A stretch of 64,000 nt of DNA, taken from positions 6,179 to 70,178 of the forward strand of contig JAYZCG010000037.1 in the NCBI GenBank assembly GCA_036338435.1. Reading direction: 5' to 3'. A program made the position numbers and the translations under genes. The stretch is from Acidobacteriota bacterium (GTDB taxonomy: Bacteria > Acidobacteriota > UBA6911 > RPQK01 > JADFOI01). The notes beneath the pieces were generated by a model. That model made no database searches, had not been told where the DNA came from, and saw only the letters and a program-made list of their open reading frames with translations. Below, piece after piece: positions 39,888 to 50,140 of this stretch. The number at the start of each line of letters is the position of its first letter. Position 1 is the first letter of the stretch.

Positions 39888-39916
39888 TTGACACAAGTAT
39901 ATCCAGATCTTATAGA
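39888..39916 (+). promoter_or_regulatory. possible sigma70-type promoter upstream of dnaK (TTGACA-17 nt-TATAGA)
   Basis: Perfect -35 hexamer at 39888-39893, a 17-nt spacer and a weak -10 at 39911-39916, about 60 nt upstream of the dnaK GTG. No CIRCE element is present. Confidence 0.2.
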
Positions 39917-39977
39917 AATGACGGGTCACACGTGCAGGTGAAGGCGCGGGGTAAGTGAGTCAAACTAGGAGGAAGCT

Positions 39978-41960
39978 GTGAGTAAAATTATTGGAATTGA
40001 CTTGGGAACAACCAACTCGGTGGTTGCCTTGATGGAGGGTGGAGAACCAACAGTAATTACTAATACTGAAGGTGGACGCCTTACTCCTTCGATTGTAGCC
40101 GTTACTAATAATGATGAGCGATTAGTGGGGCAGGTGGCCAAGCGCCAAGCGGTAACAAATCCTGACAATACGGTCTACTCGATCAAACGTTTCATGGGTC
40201 GAAAATACGGTGAGGTAAAGGAAGAGATTACGATGGTGCCCTATCAAATTGAAAAGTCTTCCAATGGAGATGCATGGGTTAAGTTTGGTGGCAAAGACGT
40301 TTCTCCTCCAGAAATTGCAGCTATGATTCTGCAAAAGTTAAAGGCCGCTGCGGAAGAGTATCTAGGCGATACGGTCACTCAGGCGGTGATTACGGTTCCG
40401 GCTTATTTTAATGATTCTCAACGTCAAGCTACTAAGGATGCAGGAAAGATCGCAGGGCTTGAGGTTCTAAGACTAGTGAATGAACCAACGGCAGCCGCTT
40501 TGGCTTACGGGTTGGACACGAACAAAGATCAGACAATTGCTGTATTTGATTTTGGTGGAGGAACCTTTGATATCTCAATTCTTGAGATAGGCGATGAAGT
40601 GGTTGAGGTGAAGTCAACCAATGGCGATACTCATCTGGGTGGCGACAATCTAGATCAGCAAGTGATCGATTGGATTGCCGAAGAATTTCAAAAGGATCAG
40701 GGGATCGATCTTTCACAGGATAAGATGGCCTTGCAGCGTCTCAGAGAAGCCGCGGAAAAGGCTAAGATGGAACTGTCGACTACCCAAGAAACAGATATAA
40801 ACCTACCTTTCGTAACGGCTGATGCAAGTGGACCAAAACATCTGAATATGAAACTTACAAGGGCCAAGTTTGAACAGCTCGTAGAAGATGTTCTTCAGCG
40901 GACTTTGCCTCCCTGCAAACAGGCCCTTGAAGATGCGGGATTAGAGCCGGGAGAGATCGATGAAGTAGTCCTTGTGGGCGGGTCTACTCGTATACCTCGA
41001 GTTCAAGAAATAATTAAAGATTTCTTTGGTCGGGAGCCTCATAAAGGAGTAAATCTCGATGAAGTGGTTGCAGTTGGAGCCGCAGTCCAGGCGGGTATTT
41101 TGGGTGGGGATGTAAAGGATTTACTCCTATTGGATGTAACACCACTTTCCCTAGGGATTGAAACTCTTGGAGGGGTAGATACGATATTAATATCTAAAAA
41201 CTCTACGATTCCAACAAAGAAAACGCAGGTTTTTTCGACAGCAGCGGACAATCAAACTTCTGTGGAGATCCATGTGTTGCAGGGAGAACGTCCAATGGCA
41301 AAGGATAATAAATCATTGGGTACATTCCACCTTACTGACATCCCTTCGGCACCCCGCGGGCTCCCACAAATTGAGGTGACCTTTGATATGGATGCAAACA
41401 GCATTCTCAAGGTTAGCGCAAAAGATCTTGGAACTGGAAAAGAACAGGACATTACTATTACCAGTTCTAGTGGCTTGGACGAAGAAGAAATCAAGAAAAT
41501 GGTTGAGGAAGGGGAGGAGAATGCTGCAGACGACCTTCTCAAGAAGGAAGAGATTGAAGCCCGAAATCAAGCTGACAACTTAGTGTATAACACTGAAAAA
41601 CTACTCAATGAAAATCGTGACAAAATCAGTGAAGCTGATGCCAAAACGATAGAGGATGCCCTGGCTGAAACAAAAAAAGCGGTCGAGGAAGGTGGTGTCG
41701 AGCAAATCAATCAAGCCACTGAAAAGTTAACTCAGGCATCCCATCGGCTGGCAGAGGCTATGTACCAGACCACCCAGGAGCAGAGTGGCGGAGATCCATC
41801 GCAGGCTTCTACGGAAACGACTGCCGACGAGAAACAGGGAGATGCTGACGTTATTGATGCCGAGTATGTCGATGTCGATGCGGATGACGCGAAGGATGCG
41901 GATGACGCGAAGGATGCGGATGACTCGAATGATGCGGATGACTCGAAGGATGGGGAATAA
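39978..41960 (+). CDS. dnaK: molecular chaperone DnaK
   Basis: [21 protein letters not shown] and full Hsp70 sequence. GTG start with an AGGAGG RBS. Acidic repetitive C-terminal tail. Confidence 0.96.
   Translation: MSKIIGIDLGTTNSVVALMEGGEPTVITNTEGGRLTPSIVAVTNNDERLVGQVAKRQAVTNPDNTVYSIKRFMGRKYGEVKEEITMVPYQIEKSSNGDAWVKFGGKDVSPPEIAAMILQKLKAAAEEYLGDTVTQAVITVPAYFNDSQRQATKDAGKIAGLEVLRLVNEPTAAALAYGLDTNKDQTIAVFDFGGGTFDISILEIGDEVVEVKSTNGDTHLGGDNLDQQVIDWIAEEFQKDQGIDLSQDKMALQRLREAAEKAKMELSTTQETDINLPFVTADASGPKHLNMKLTRAKFEQLVEDVLQRTLPPCKQALEDAGLEPGEIDEVVLVGGSTRIPRVQEIIKDFFGREPHKGVNLDEVVAVGAAVQAGILGGDVKDLLLLDVTPLSLGIETLGGVDTILISKNSTIPTKKTQVFSTAADNQTSVEIHVLQGERPMAKDNKSLGTFHLTDIPSAPRGLPQIEVTFDMDANSILKVSAKDLGTGKEQDITITSSSGLDEEEIKKMVEEGEENAADDLLKKEEIEARNQADNLVYNTEKLLNENRDKISEADAKTIEDALAETKKAVEEGGVEQINQATEKLTQASHRLAEAMYQTTQEQSGGDPSQASTETTADEKQGDADVIDAEYVDVDADDAKDADDAKDADDSNDADDSKDGE
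41877..41948 (+). repeat. 4 x 18-bp in-frame tandem repeat (gatgcggatgacgcgaag / ...tcgaat / ...tcgaag) encoding (DADDAK)n in DnaK tail
   Basis: Direct reading of 41877-41948. Units 1 and 2 are identical; units 3 and 4 differ at 2-3 nt. Confidence 0.9.
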
Positions 41961-42093
41961 GCACGATTGTCATCGGTAACCTGAACATATCTAGCAAATG
42001 ACGGGAAGAGCCTAAGACATAACATGGTGTCCGAGTGCTGTTCTGCCGCTTGTCAGGTAAATCGACTCTTACAGCCACTGTATCCAAGAACAA

Positions 42094-42561
42094 TTAAGAT
42101 CCAGACAGGGTTGATTGAGTATTTCTCTCTGCTTTTTTCAGGCTATGTCGAATTCTTTTGTAAATATTCCTCAGCTTGGACTGATAGATTCTGTGGGGAT
42201 GATTCTCGTCGTGAAGGAGCGTTTTAATCTGCTTTAGACTTCGTTCCAATTCTGGCACTACAAGAGTGGTGTGGGTGGGATCATAAGGAGTGCAAATAGA
42301 AGGCATTCCCAGTTCCATAAAGACCTTTAAATAACGGGCAGTACGCATATCAGGGCAGGTGATTCTTCTGTGAGCGGCTTTGAGTTCATAGCCCAGAAAA
42401 GTATCAACAATTTGCGGTTTGCATTTACGTCCTGGTAGGACCACCACTCGTGTTTTGAGGGGCAGTACTTCGAGGGCGTAGATATCACTCAGTTTCTTGA
42501 TTTCTTGCTGGATAGTTGTGTTAGCACTTACCACTTGCATTGTTTTAATCCTGGGAATCAT
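42094..42561 (-). CDS. hypothetical protein (~155 aa)
   Basis: ORF 42094-42744. The 5' part overlaps the divergent DedA gene start, so the start is placed at the internal Met (MIPRIKTMQVV). I recognise no family. Confidence 0.4.
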   Translation of the reverse strand: MIPRIKTMQVVSANTTIQQEIKKLSDIYALEVLPLKTRVVVLPGRKCKPQIVDTFLGYELKAAHRRITCPDMRTARYLKVFMELGMPSICTPYDPTHTTLVVPELERSLKQIKTLLHDENHPHRIYQSKLRNIYKRIRHSLKKAERNTQSTLSGS

Positions 42562-42720
42562 ACCTGAGTTTGTTCTTCTGTGCTTTCGTACGTTTTTGCT
42601 GCAGTGATTTGAGCTACCAGATTGTATTTCCCCCATCCTGGAACATTTTCCAGTAATCCTATCTCCACGTTGTGGGGAAGGGGAATATGGTACGATGGGG
42701 GATTCTAGATAAGTAATGCA

Positions 42721-43371
42721 ATGCTCCTCATGACCACGGAACAATTCTGGGCTTACTTTGAAGTTTTAATCAGACACACGTATGAATTCATTGAAGGTCT
42801 GGGAGGGATAGGTCTGTTCGTTATTGCTCTCGCAGATTCTTCATTTTTGTCCTTGCCGGAAGGAAATGATGTGCTGATTGTTGTGCTTTCCACGGGGGGG
42901 ACATGGGGGTTGATGGCTTACTATGTTGTTATGACTACGGCCGGTTCCGTTTGTGGATGTAGCATTCTTTACTTGGGCGGATATCGAGGCGGGAAGTTTC
43001 TGAAGAAACGCCTAAAAGGGGGGATGGCAGAAGATATGAAACGTCTCTATAGACGTTGGGGAATGTGGGCTATCTTGATCCCCAGCATTTTACCTCCTCC
43101 CACACCGTTTAAGATCTTTGTGCTCTCTGCTGGATTGTTTCGGGTACCTTTCTCCAAGTTTCTACTCTCTGTTGTAGTTGGTAGGAGCATACGATATTTC
43201 ACATGGGGAATTCTGGCCGTACTATACGGAGAAGTGATTAAAAGATTCATCGAAGGGAATTTACGTGTAGTAGGAACTGTTATTTTTGCTTGTTTGACCA
43301 TCATTGGTGTTAGTTATGCGATAAAGTTGATTCGAGAAAAAAAGAAATTACCTCAGCACGAAGTAACATGA
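42721..43371 (+). CDS. DedA/YqaA (SNARE-associated, TVP38/TMEM64) family membrane protein
   Basis: 216 aa. GIGLFVIALADSSFLSLPEGNDVLIVVL and GRSIRYFTWG are typical of the YqaA/DedA family. Confidence 0.75.
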   Translation: MLLMTTEQFWAYFEVLIRHTYEFIEGLGGIGLFVIALADSSFLSLPEGNDVLIVVLSTGGTWGLMAYYVVMTTAGSVCGCSILYLGGYRGGKFLKKRLKGGMAEDMKRLYRRWGMWAILIPSILPPPTPFKIFVLSAGLFRVPFSKFLLSVVVGRSIRYFTWGILAVLYGEVIKRFIEGNLRVVGTVIFACLTIIGVSYAIKLIREKKKLPQHEVT

Positions 43372-44240
43372 AAAAAATCTTTGTTATTGTCTGGGCGCTC
43401 GTCTTGGTAGGTTGTGGCGCCGTTAAAAAAAGAACTATTGTCGAGATTCCGTCTGCTTATGCTGATGCTCAACGGGCCAATCTTGATGAGCTTGTAGAAC
43501 TTATCAATGGCGGTTACGCAGTTACCAAAACTCTTTCTGCTTCTAGCCTTGAGGTGGAATTTACTGGAGGATCTGTTGGGACCGGACAGATGGAAAAATA
43601 TCGTAGTGCCAAGGGCTATTTGGTCGCACAATGGCCTGATTCTATGTACTTTAACATTCTAAACCCCCTAACCAGTTCCACTTTGGTGGTGATGGCTACA
43701 GTTGGGAAAACTTTTCAGGTCTGGGTTCCGGGAGACAATAAGTATCTGACAGGAAGTACAGATGTGGTGCTAAAAGAAGAAAATCCCCTTTTAAATGTCC
43801 GTCCCCATCACCTTATGAAGGGGATTTTGGTAGAGCAGATCCCCGTCAATAGTTCCCGCTACCGTTCTTTTCTAGAGGAGGAAGAGGATGAGAGATTCAA
43901 ATATTATGTCGTTGGAGTCATTGATCTCGAGGGGAATGCACAGTCTGTTCAACTGGTGAGAAAGCTCTGGATCGAGCGGAGTACTATGCACCTAGTTCGT
44001 CAACAATATTACGAAGCAGGATCTCTAGTGAGTTCTGTTATTTATGAGAGGCCAAGTGAAGTTGACGGAGTATTGATCAACTCAGACATTAGAATTGAAA
44101 GGAAACGAGAAAGTTATAGCATAAGACTGAGACTGTCTCCCGAAGGGATCAGGATCAATCCATCTGTGAGAGAAGGTGTTTTTGACCTGCCGGTACCGCC
44201 CGGAGCTGAACTGTCAGTGGTAGGTGAGACAACTGGTTAA
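43368..44240 (+). CDS. LolA/LolB-fold lipoprotein (outer-membrane lipoprotein-sorting protein-like)
   Basis: Lipobox LVGC. The C-terminal GVFDLPVPPGAELSVV resembles the LolA-family 'FxFxPPxGxxV' terminus. 290 aa. Confidence 0.55.
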   Translation: MKKIFVIVWALVLVGCGAVKKRTIVEIPSAYADAQRANLDELVELINGGYAVTKTLSASSLEVEFTGGSVGTGQMEKYRSAKGYLVAQWPDSMYFNILNPLTSSTLVVMATVGKTFQVWVPGDNKYLTGSTDVVLKEENPLLNVRPHHLMKGILVEQIPVNSSRYRSFLEEEEDERFKYYVVGVIDLEGNAQSVQLVRKLWIERSTMHLVRQQYYEAGSLVSSVIYERPSEVDGVLINSDIRIERKRESYSIRLRLSPEGIRINPSVREGVFDLPVPPGAELSVVGETTG

Positions 44241-44298
44241 GAGCTGGAACTCCATCAGCGCTGTTAAAATTCGGCAAACCTGCTAGAATTCGAAGGTA

Positions 44299-45390
44299 AT
44301 GTTTAGACTAATTCTTCAGAACCTAAGACAACGTCCTACCAGAACCTTGGTCAGTGTTGTGGCGGTGGCTCTTGGAGTCATGTTGTTGCTGGTTAGTCTG
44401 GGATTGTCCTATGGCCAGCTGATGGATACTACCCAGCGAACGAAGGGTATTGGGGGGGATTTCATTCTTCAACCCTCAGATGCTTCTCTCTTCTTTGCGC
44501 TCAACAGCGGTACTTTACCGGTGAGAGTGCAGAGGGTGATTGAGAAGGTGGAGGGGGTTGCGGCAGTGACTCCCGTTCTGGCTAAATTTCTAGGCGATCA
44601 GTTTCATTTGGTTTTTGGCATCGATCCGGATAGCTTTGCTCAGGTCAATAAGGGGCTCACCTTTGTGGCGGGGGAGCGATTCTCCGGTCCCCGTGAAGTT
44701 ATCATTGACACCATTTATGCCAACTCAAAACAACTCAGTGTAGGGGACTCCCTGCAACTCCTAGGAAATGAATTTGTGGTTGCAGGCGTTTTTTTGCAAG
44801 GTACGGGAGCGCGGGTACTGTTGCCCTTAAGTACTTTACAAGAGCTGAACGGGACCCCGGAGAAGGCAACGATGTTTTTTATACGGGCCAAAGCTGGCAC
44901 CTCATTGGAGCAAGTATATGACTCATTGCAGGAGAGGTTTGCGAACTACAAGATAACTAAAGCATCGGAATTACAGGCTATGATCATGGACAACACACCA
45001 GCCTTCAAGCAGTTTGTTTCAGCAATGGTTTTCATTTCCGTAACGATTAGTTTTTTGATCATTTTGCTATCAATGTACAGTACTATCACTGAGAGGACTC
45101 GAGAGATCGGGATTCTGAAGTCATTGGGTGCGTCTAGGGCCTACATCATAAGGCTTATACTGAATGAGTCCTTGATAATTTGTGTGGCAGGAGTAGGTCT
45201 GGGATTTGCGTTGACCTATGTAATGATTCAGGCTATTTTTTCAGCATTTCCAAGTATGCCGGTCACGATTACATTGTTTTGGAGGGTAACTTCGGCAATA
45301 GTAGCACTGGCAGGCGGTATACTGGGAGCGCTTTATCCAGCGGTTAAAGCATCACATATGGATCCTGTGAGAGCACTGGGATATGAATAG
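44299..45390 (+). CDS. FtsX-like ABC transporter permease (LolC/E/MacB family)
   Basis: N-terminal TM, a ~220-aa periplasmic domain and a C-terminal 3-TM FtsX domain ([16 protein letters not shown]). Confidence 0.8.
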   Translation: MFRLILQNLRQRPTRTLVSVVAVALGVMLLLVSLGLSYGQLMDTTQRTKGIGGDFILQPSDASLFFALNSGTLPVRVQRVIEKVEGVAAVTPVLAKFLGDQFHLVFGIDPDSFAQVNKGLTFVAGERFSGPREVIIDTIYANSKQLSVGDSLQLLGNEFVVAGVFLQGTGARVLLPLSTLQELNGTPEKATMFFIRAKAGTSLEQVYDSLQERFANYKITKASELQAMIMDNTPAFKQFVSAMVFISVTISFLIILLSMYSTITERTREIGILKSLGASRAYIIRLILNESLIICVAGVGLGFALTYVMIQAIFSAFPSMPVTITLFWRVTSAIVALAGGILGALYPAVKASHMDPVRALGYE

Positions 45391-46108
45391 GAATCCAATT
45401 AGTCATAAGAAAGTCGTGGTGGCCATTCAAGATCTACAGATGGTTTACCAGGTGGGCAAAGTAGAAGTCCCAGCACTACGGGGAGTTGATTTTACTGTGC
45501 GGGAAGGTGAGTTTGTCGCTGTCACGGGACCAAGTGGTTGTGGGAAATCTACTCTACTGCATCTCATGGGAGGCCTTTTAAAACCCAGTTCTGGACGTAT
45601 TTTGATAGACGGTACTGATATCGGTTCTGTAAGTGACGTGAAGCGCACTGAAATCCGACGCCGAAAGATGGGGTTTGTTTTCCAAAGCTATAATCTGCTT
45701 TCCACGCTAACTGCTAAGAATAATATCGATCTTGCCAAACAAATTCAGGGTTCTTCCCACCACGAACCGGGAAGTACTCGTGAGATTCTCCGATTACTGG
45801 GTCTGGAGGACAAGATGAATCATACTCCTTCGGAGCTTTCTGGGGGAGAACAACAGCGTGTTGCTATTGCTAGGGCGGTAGTTAGTAGGCCTTCTATTTT
45901 GTTGGCCGATGAACCCACTGGAAGTCTTGACTCTGACAATTCGCGTATGGTTTTGGATATGCTGCAGGGCCTCAACAAGATGCACGGTCAGACAATTATT
46001 ATCATCACACATGATTCGGAGGCAGCTGCAACGGCCAGCCGCACGATCGAAATGAGTGATGGTAAAATTGTCAATGGGGCACCGAATGTCTTATATGCAA
46101 TGGAGTAA
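45383..46108 (+). CDS. ABC transporter ATP-binding protein (LolD/MacB-type)
   Basis: [25 protein letters not shown] and [12 protein letters not shown]. 8-nt overlap with the permease. Confidence 0.88.
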   Translation: MNRNPISHKKVVVAIQDLQMVYQVGKVEVPALRGVDFTVREGEFVAVTGPSGCGKSTLLHLMGGLLKPSSGRILIDGTDIGSVSDVKRTEIRRRKMGFVFQSYNLLSTLTAKNNIDLAKQIQGSSHHEPGSTREILRLLGLEDKMNHTPSELSGGEQQRVAIARAVVSRPSILLADEPTGSLDSDNSRMVLDMLQGLNKMHGQTIIIITHDSEAAATASRTIEMSDGKIVNGAPNVLYAME

Positions 46109-46119
46109 AAGTATTTTCA

Positions 46120-46338
46120 ATGCTGGCAAATTTTGCACATGCTACATTTAGAATATTGTTCTGGACTTATCCGCGTGGTTGTTGGCAATACGATATTGTT
46201 TGTGGGGTGATTCTGGCATTTATCTTTCTGGTCCCCAATACCATTTTCGATGGTTCTGTATTGCACCAAGAACAAAAAGTTGCAGCTAGTGTAAGCGAGG
46301 AGAGAGTTAGCATCTCCGCGGATGACGAAATTGAGTGA
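46120..46338 (+). CDS. possible small membrane protein (72 aa)
   Basis: ORF with a single hydrophobic helix (IVCGVILAFIFLV). No clear RBS. Lies between the ABC ATPase and the second LolA-like gene. Confidence 0.25.
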   Translation: MLANFAHATFRILFWTYPRGCWQYDIVCGVILAFIFLVPNTIFDGSVLHQEQKVAASVSEERVSISADDEIE

Positions 46339-46397
46339 CTGGGATATCGGCTCAGGATCCAATCAAGATCACTTCTTCATACTATTCTTGGGGGAAG

Positions 46398-47108
46398 GAA
46401 GCTTTGTTGTCGAAAGCTAGAAGCCTAGAGTTCTGTGGGTATTTTGCTCTGTTTGTGCTGATCTCATGTTGCGCATCTGGAACGGTGTTGCAGGCTTTGA
46501 CTCTGGAGGAAATTCTTACAAAGATAGATCAGAGAGGGGCAACTCTGAGATCCATGAGCGCCTCGATCAGTCAGAGAAAATGGACAGATATTTTGGAGGA
46601 ATTCGATCAAGGTGAAAGTGGTCGGTTCGATTTTCTGAAAGTTGCGGGAAAGATTTATCTGAGACGAGATATCATTAAACCTCAGAAGAATAGTCTCGTC
46701 ATTGGAGATGGGAAAATATCGTTTTATCAACCCAGTATCAAACAATTACAGAGGTATGATCTCGGGCAAAGACGCGACCGGGTAGAATTTCTCCTTCTTG
46801 GATTTGGTTCCAGCAAAGAGGCCTTGCGAGAAGTCTATGACATCCAGTTGGGTGAACAAGAAATTGTCGAGGGTCGTGAAACCTATCCTTTGTCACTGAA
46901 TCCCAAATCAGAACAGGTGTCCGCTCATTTTAGTCAGATTGTTCTATGGATTGACACCGAGTTGTGGGTCCCTATTCAGCAGAAACTCGTGGAGCCAACT
47001 CGGGATTATTTGTTGATTCGTTTCGATGATATTGATTTGAATCCAATGATCACAAAATCAAGGTTTGATTTGAAGATCGCTGATGATGTGCAGGTGGTTG
47101 GATCCTGA
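46398..47108 (+). CDS. LolA-family outer-membrane lipoprotein carrier-like lipoprotein
   Basis: Probable TTG start after GGGGGAAGGAAG. Signal peptide with lipobox LISC. LolA-like core (DFLKVAGKIYLRRD... ISFYQPSIKQLQRYDL...) and a C-terminal RFDLKIADDVQVV. Confidence 0.6.
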   Translation, partial: EALLSKARSLEFCGYFALFVLISCCASGTVLQALTLEEILTKIDQRGATLRSMSASISQRKWTDILEEFDQGESGRFDFLKVAGKIYLRRDIIKPQKNSLVIGDGKISFYQPSIKQLQRYDLGQRRDRVEFLLLGFGSSKEALREVYDIQLGEQEIVEGRETYPLSLNPKSEQVSAHFSQIVLWIDTELWVPIQQKLVEPTRDYLLIRFDDIDLNPMITKSRFDLKIADDVQVVGS

Positions 47109-47203
47109 TCGTGAAGAATCCGCATAGTGTGGGATTTGAGCTTCCTGAGTCCCACTCCAGCGCAAAAAACTCTACGGTTTAGGGCAATGGGAGTTAGCGC
47201 TTG

Positions 47204-47875
47204 TCATTCCGTTTTAGAATCTGGGTGTTGAATGGCAGGTTCTGGGCTGTAGACTTCTTGTTCTTTTTCAGACTGCCGATTAGATATGACCCAGGTGGAT
47301 TTTCCCGTCATGCAGGCCCGGGTATATAAAATCCTATGGATAACAGTCCAGTTTGAGAGGACGGCGATGACCCAAATAACAGGATCCATGCTGTAAAAGG
47401 AACCAATTATGAGCAGGACAATTCTCTCAGGTCTTTCCAGAAAACCAACTTTGCATTTTGGAATTAAAGATTCAGCGCGTGCCCGTGCATAACTGGTTAG
47501 CACTGACCCCATCATTACTATGCCCACCAAAACAACATAGGTCATTCTATCTTCACGACCGTACCAGATGATCAGTCCTAAATACATGATCAGATCTGAA
47601 TACCTATCCATGATCGAATCAAAGAAGGCTCCAAAACGAGTCTCGTTGTTGGTCATCCGAGCCACAATCCCATCGACCATATCAAATAGTCCGGCTATGA
47701 TTAGAATAATTCCCGCGGCTGAAAAGTGACCCTGTGAAAAGGTGTAAGCCGTGACAATGCTCATCAAAAATCCCAAGAAAGTCAGATGATTGGGTGTGAT
47801 CCGTAAAAAAACAAGTGCTTTGACAATACCTCTCAGCAGGATTTCAGCACTCTCTCCAATCTTGTGGGAAATCAT
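47204..47875 (-). CDS. pgsA: CDP-alcohol phosphatidyltransferase (PgsA-like)
   Basis: D-G-x2-A-R-x8-G-x3-D-x3-D motif (DMVDGIVARMTNNETRFGAFFDSIMDRYSD). 223-aa polytopic protein. Confidence 0.8.
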   Translation of the reverse strand: MISHKIGESAEILLRGIVKALVFLRITPNHLTFLGFLMSIVTAYTFSQGHFSAAGIILIIAGLFDMVDGIVARMTNNETRFGAFFDSIMDRYSDLIMYLGLIIWYGREDRMTYVVLVGIVMMGSVLTSYARARAESLIPKCKVGFLERPERIVLLIIGSFYSMDPVIWVIAVLSNWTVIHRILYTRACMTGKSTWVISNRQSEKEQEVYSPEPAIQHPDSKTE

Positions 47876-47888
47876 AAGATGATAAGTT

Positions 47889-49298
47889 CTAGAAGAGCTC
47901 TAATTTAATGGTTAAGAATTCTTTTGGGTTTTCCCGAAAATCATAGAGTAGCTTAAGCATTTCAGCTGAGACTGCATTGAGATTCTGGTAGAGTTGCTCG
48001 TCGTTGGCTAAGCGCCCCAAAGTACCTTTACCTTGCTGCATATTTTCGACAAGTACTGCAATTTGATCAAGTGATTGGCTCAGATTTTGGTACAGTTGGT
48101 CATCCTTTGCCAATTTCCCCAAGGTTCCCTTACCTTCTTCGATGCGCTGAGTGATGGTTACAATATTCTCCACCAGATTGTCACTCTTGTCATATATGGA
48201 GGAATCGTTGACCAATTTACCCAAGGTTCCCTCGCTTTGATCAATTTGGACCAGGATATCTCGCAAACGGCCTGTTGATTCGCTGATTTCATCATAAACT
48301 TCGTGTTTCTGGATTAATTGGGCAAGGGTTCCCTCTCCTTCTTTGAAGTCGCGAACCAACTGTGTAGTTTGTTCCACTGTTTGAATAGCACTCACTAGTG
48401 CCCGATTTAAATTGTCATAGAATGCAGAGTCATTGAAGAAGGTTCCTACCGAACCTTGACCCTCAGCTAGAGGCTGAAAAATCTGGGTTAGTTTGTCGGA
48501 AAGGCCAGACAGGTTTGCTAGGACGTCGTCTGCTCCCGTTATGATCTCCTGGAAACCAGGTTGGCTGGTTCCGGTGATTAAAACAACCTCACGTACTGTA
48601 GTACCTATTAATCCTTCAATGGTTTCTTCAACTACGATGGGCGGACCATCACTTCTTCCCAGAGATATCTCAATGTATTTATCTCCGAGCAGGCCAATGG
48701 ATCCGAGAGAGATATGACTATCTTTTTTGATCCAATCACGATACTCAGATCTAATTTCAGCCGACACAATAATATTTTGGAGGTTGGAGCGATCCTTTAT
48801 AATTTCTTCGCGTATACTTCCCAAGTTACCTTTTTGGCGTCTAAGTTGTCGCTCGAGTTCCTCGACTTTGTCCTTGGCAATTCTAGTTGGGTGAGTCTTA
48901 TCTCCCTGCTCTTGTAGAACTTGAGCATATTCTTGTTGTGCCTGGATCAGGAGCTCTTCACTTGCCGGAATTTCCATCTCCAGTTCTTGTATTTGCTGAG
49001 TTTTGAGATCAATTTGTTCGAGAAGTATTTGGTTGGATTGAATATCGGGGATTTCGCTATTCCGAGAAATCTGAACATCGACGACATTGCCCACTTCGAC
49101 GCCTGCCAGCAACACAATATCACCGGGTTTTAATCCCGAGACGTTGTTCAAGTAGGTTTTAGCGTAAAACGTGTCCTCCAGTAGGCCCACCTGTGTTCCA
49201 ATGGTAAAGATAGCGGTGCCTAAAATAATACAGGTGACCAAGATGAAGATTCCCACCTTGAGTTCTGAAAAATTTGGTCTACTATCTTGTGAGTTCAT
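47889..49298 (-). CDS. mlaD: MlaD/Mce-family protein with long repetitive C-terminal extension
   Basis: N-terminal TM and MCE domain (NVSGLKPGDIVLLAGVEVGNVVDV). About 280 aa of coiled-coil with four ~26-aa repeats (GKGTLGKLAKDDQLYQNL... / GKGTLGRLANDEQLYQNL...). Confidence 0.85.
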   Translation of the reverse strand: MNSQDSRPNFSELKVGIFILVTCIILGTAIFTIGTQVGLLEDTFYAKTYLNNVSGLKPGDIVLLAGVEVGNVVDVQISRNSEIPDIQSNQILLEQIDLKTQQIQELEMEIPASEELLIQAQQEYAQVLQEQGDKTHPTRIAKDKVEELERQLRRQKGNLGSIREEIIKDRSNLQNIIVSAEIRSEYRDWIKKDSHISLGSIGLLGDKYIEISLGRSDGPPIVVEETIEGLIGTTVREVVLITGTSQPGFQEIITGADDVLANLSGLSDKLTQIFQPLAEGQGSVGTFFNDSAFYDNLNRALVSAIQTVEQTTQLVRDFKEGEGTLAQLIQKHEVYDEISESTGRLRDILVQIDQSEGTLGKLVNDSSIYDKSDNLVENIVTITQRIEEGKGTLGKLAKDDQLYQNLSQSLDQIAVLVENMQQGKGTLGRLANDEQLYQNLNAVSAEMLKLLYDFRENPKEFLTIKLELF

Positions 49299-50140
49299 TG
49301 GTTCACCTCACCGTTTGACCCTTCATCTGGGTAGAAGGTCCATGACAGGAAATCCTGAATATATGAATCTTCTGAATTTTGAAGCATTTCATTGTTCCCC
49401 TCAAAAACCGTAGCGCCATCTTTCAACATCACAAAACGAGTATTTGAGGGACGAAAATCTTTGTCATTATCAGTTCTAAAGACTACCTCCCGATCAGCTT
49501 GGAGATCTGCAGATTCCCTGGCCAGTGTGATGGCCATGTGCAAGTCATGTGTAACAACAATGGAAGAAACATCCTCTAGATCACGAAGCTTCATGATTAG
49601 TTCGCAAATGGTGCGGCTCGTAATGGGATCTAGTCCGGCCGTAGGAGCATCATAGAGCAGAATGGGAGGATTTTCCACTAGAGCTCGTGCAATTCCTACC
49701 CGCTGAATCATTCCCCCAGAAAGTTCGGAAGGGAATTTGTCGATTGCATTTTCCAGTCCTATGAATCCAAGCAATCGGTGCACTGTGTCATCTATGTCCT
49801 TCTCCCCGTATGTTGCACTTTCTCGCATGCGGTAGGAGACGTTCTCACCTACTGTCAAGGAATCAAACAGTGCTCCCTCCTGGAAAATAATGCCGATGGT
49901 TTTGCGGATGTCCATTAACTCCAATTCTGACAGACTGGTTATCTCTTTGTCTCCAACAAACACTCGGCCTGAGTCTGGTTTAATCAAACCCAAGACCATC
50001 CGGAGAAGAGTTGTTTTTCCTGAGCCTCCTTTCCCCAGCACAACCTTTGTTTCACCAGACTGTACGTCTAAGTTGAAGTCCTTGAACACCACACGTTCAC
50101 CAAAGGATTTGTACACGTGCTCAAAGCGGATGACACTCAT
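49295..50140 (-). CDS. mlaF: phospholipid ABC transporter ATP-binding protein MlaF
   Basis: LGKGGSGKTTLL, LSGGMIQRVGIARA and ILLYDAPTAGLD. Confidence 0.88.
   Translation of the reverse strand: MSVIRFEHVYKSFGERVVFKDFNLDVQSGETKVVLGKGGSGKTTLLRMVLGLIKPDSGRVFVGDKEITSLSELELMDIRKTIGIIFQEGALFDSLTVGENVSYRMRESATYGEKDIDDTVHRLLGFIGLENAIDKFPSELSGGMIQRVGIARALVENPPILLYDAPTAGLDPITSRTICELIMKLRDLEDVSSIVVTHDLHMAITLARESADLQADREVVFRTDNDKDFRPSNTRFVMLKDGATVFEGNNEMLQNSEDSYIQDFLSWTFYPDEGSNGEVNQ

Noticed and set aside
41865-41948. Tandem repeat array that could superficially resemble a CRISPR or minisatellite
   Set aside because: The 18-bp units are contiguous with no spacers, in frame inside dnaK, and encode the acidic tail. 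It is not a CRISPR.
47128-47155. Inverted repeat GTGGGA...TCCCAC between the convergent lolA-like and pgsA genes as a bidirectional terminator
   Set aside because: A 6-bp stem with a 16-nt loop and no U-tract is too weak to call.
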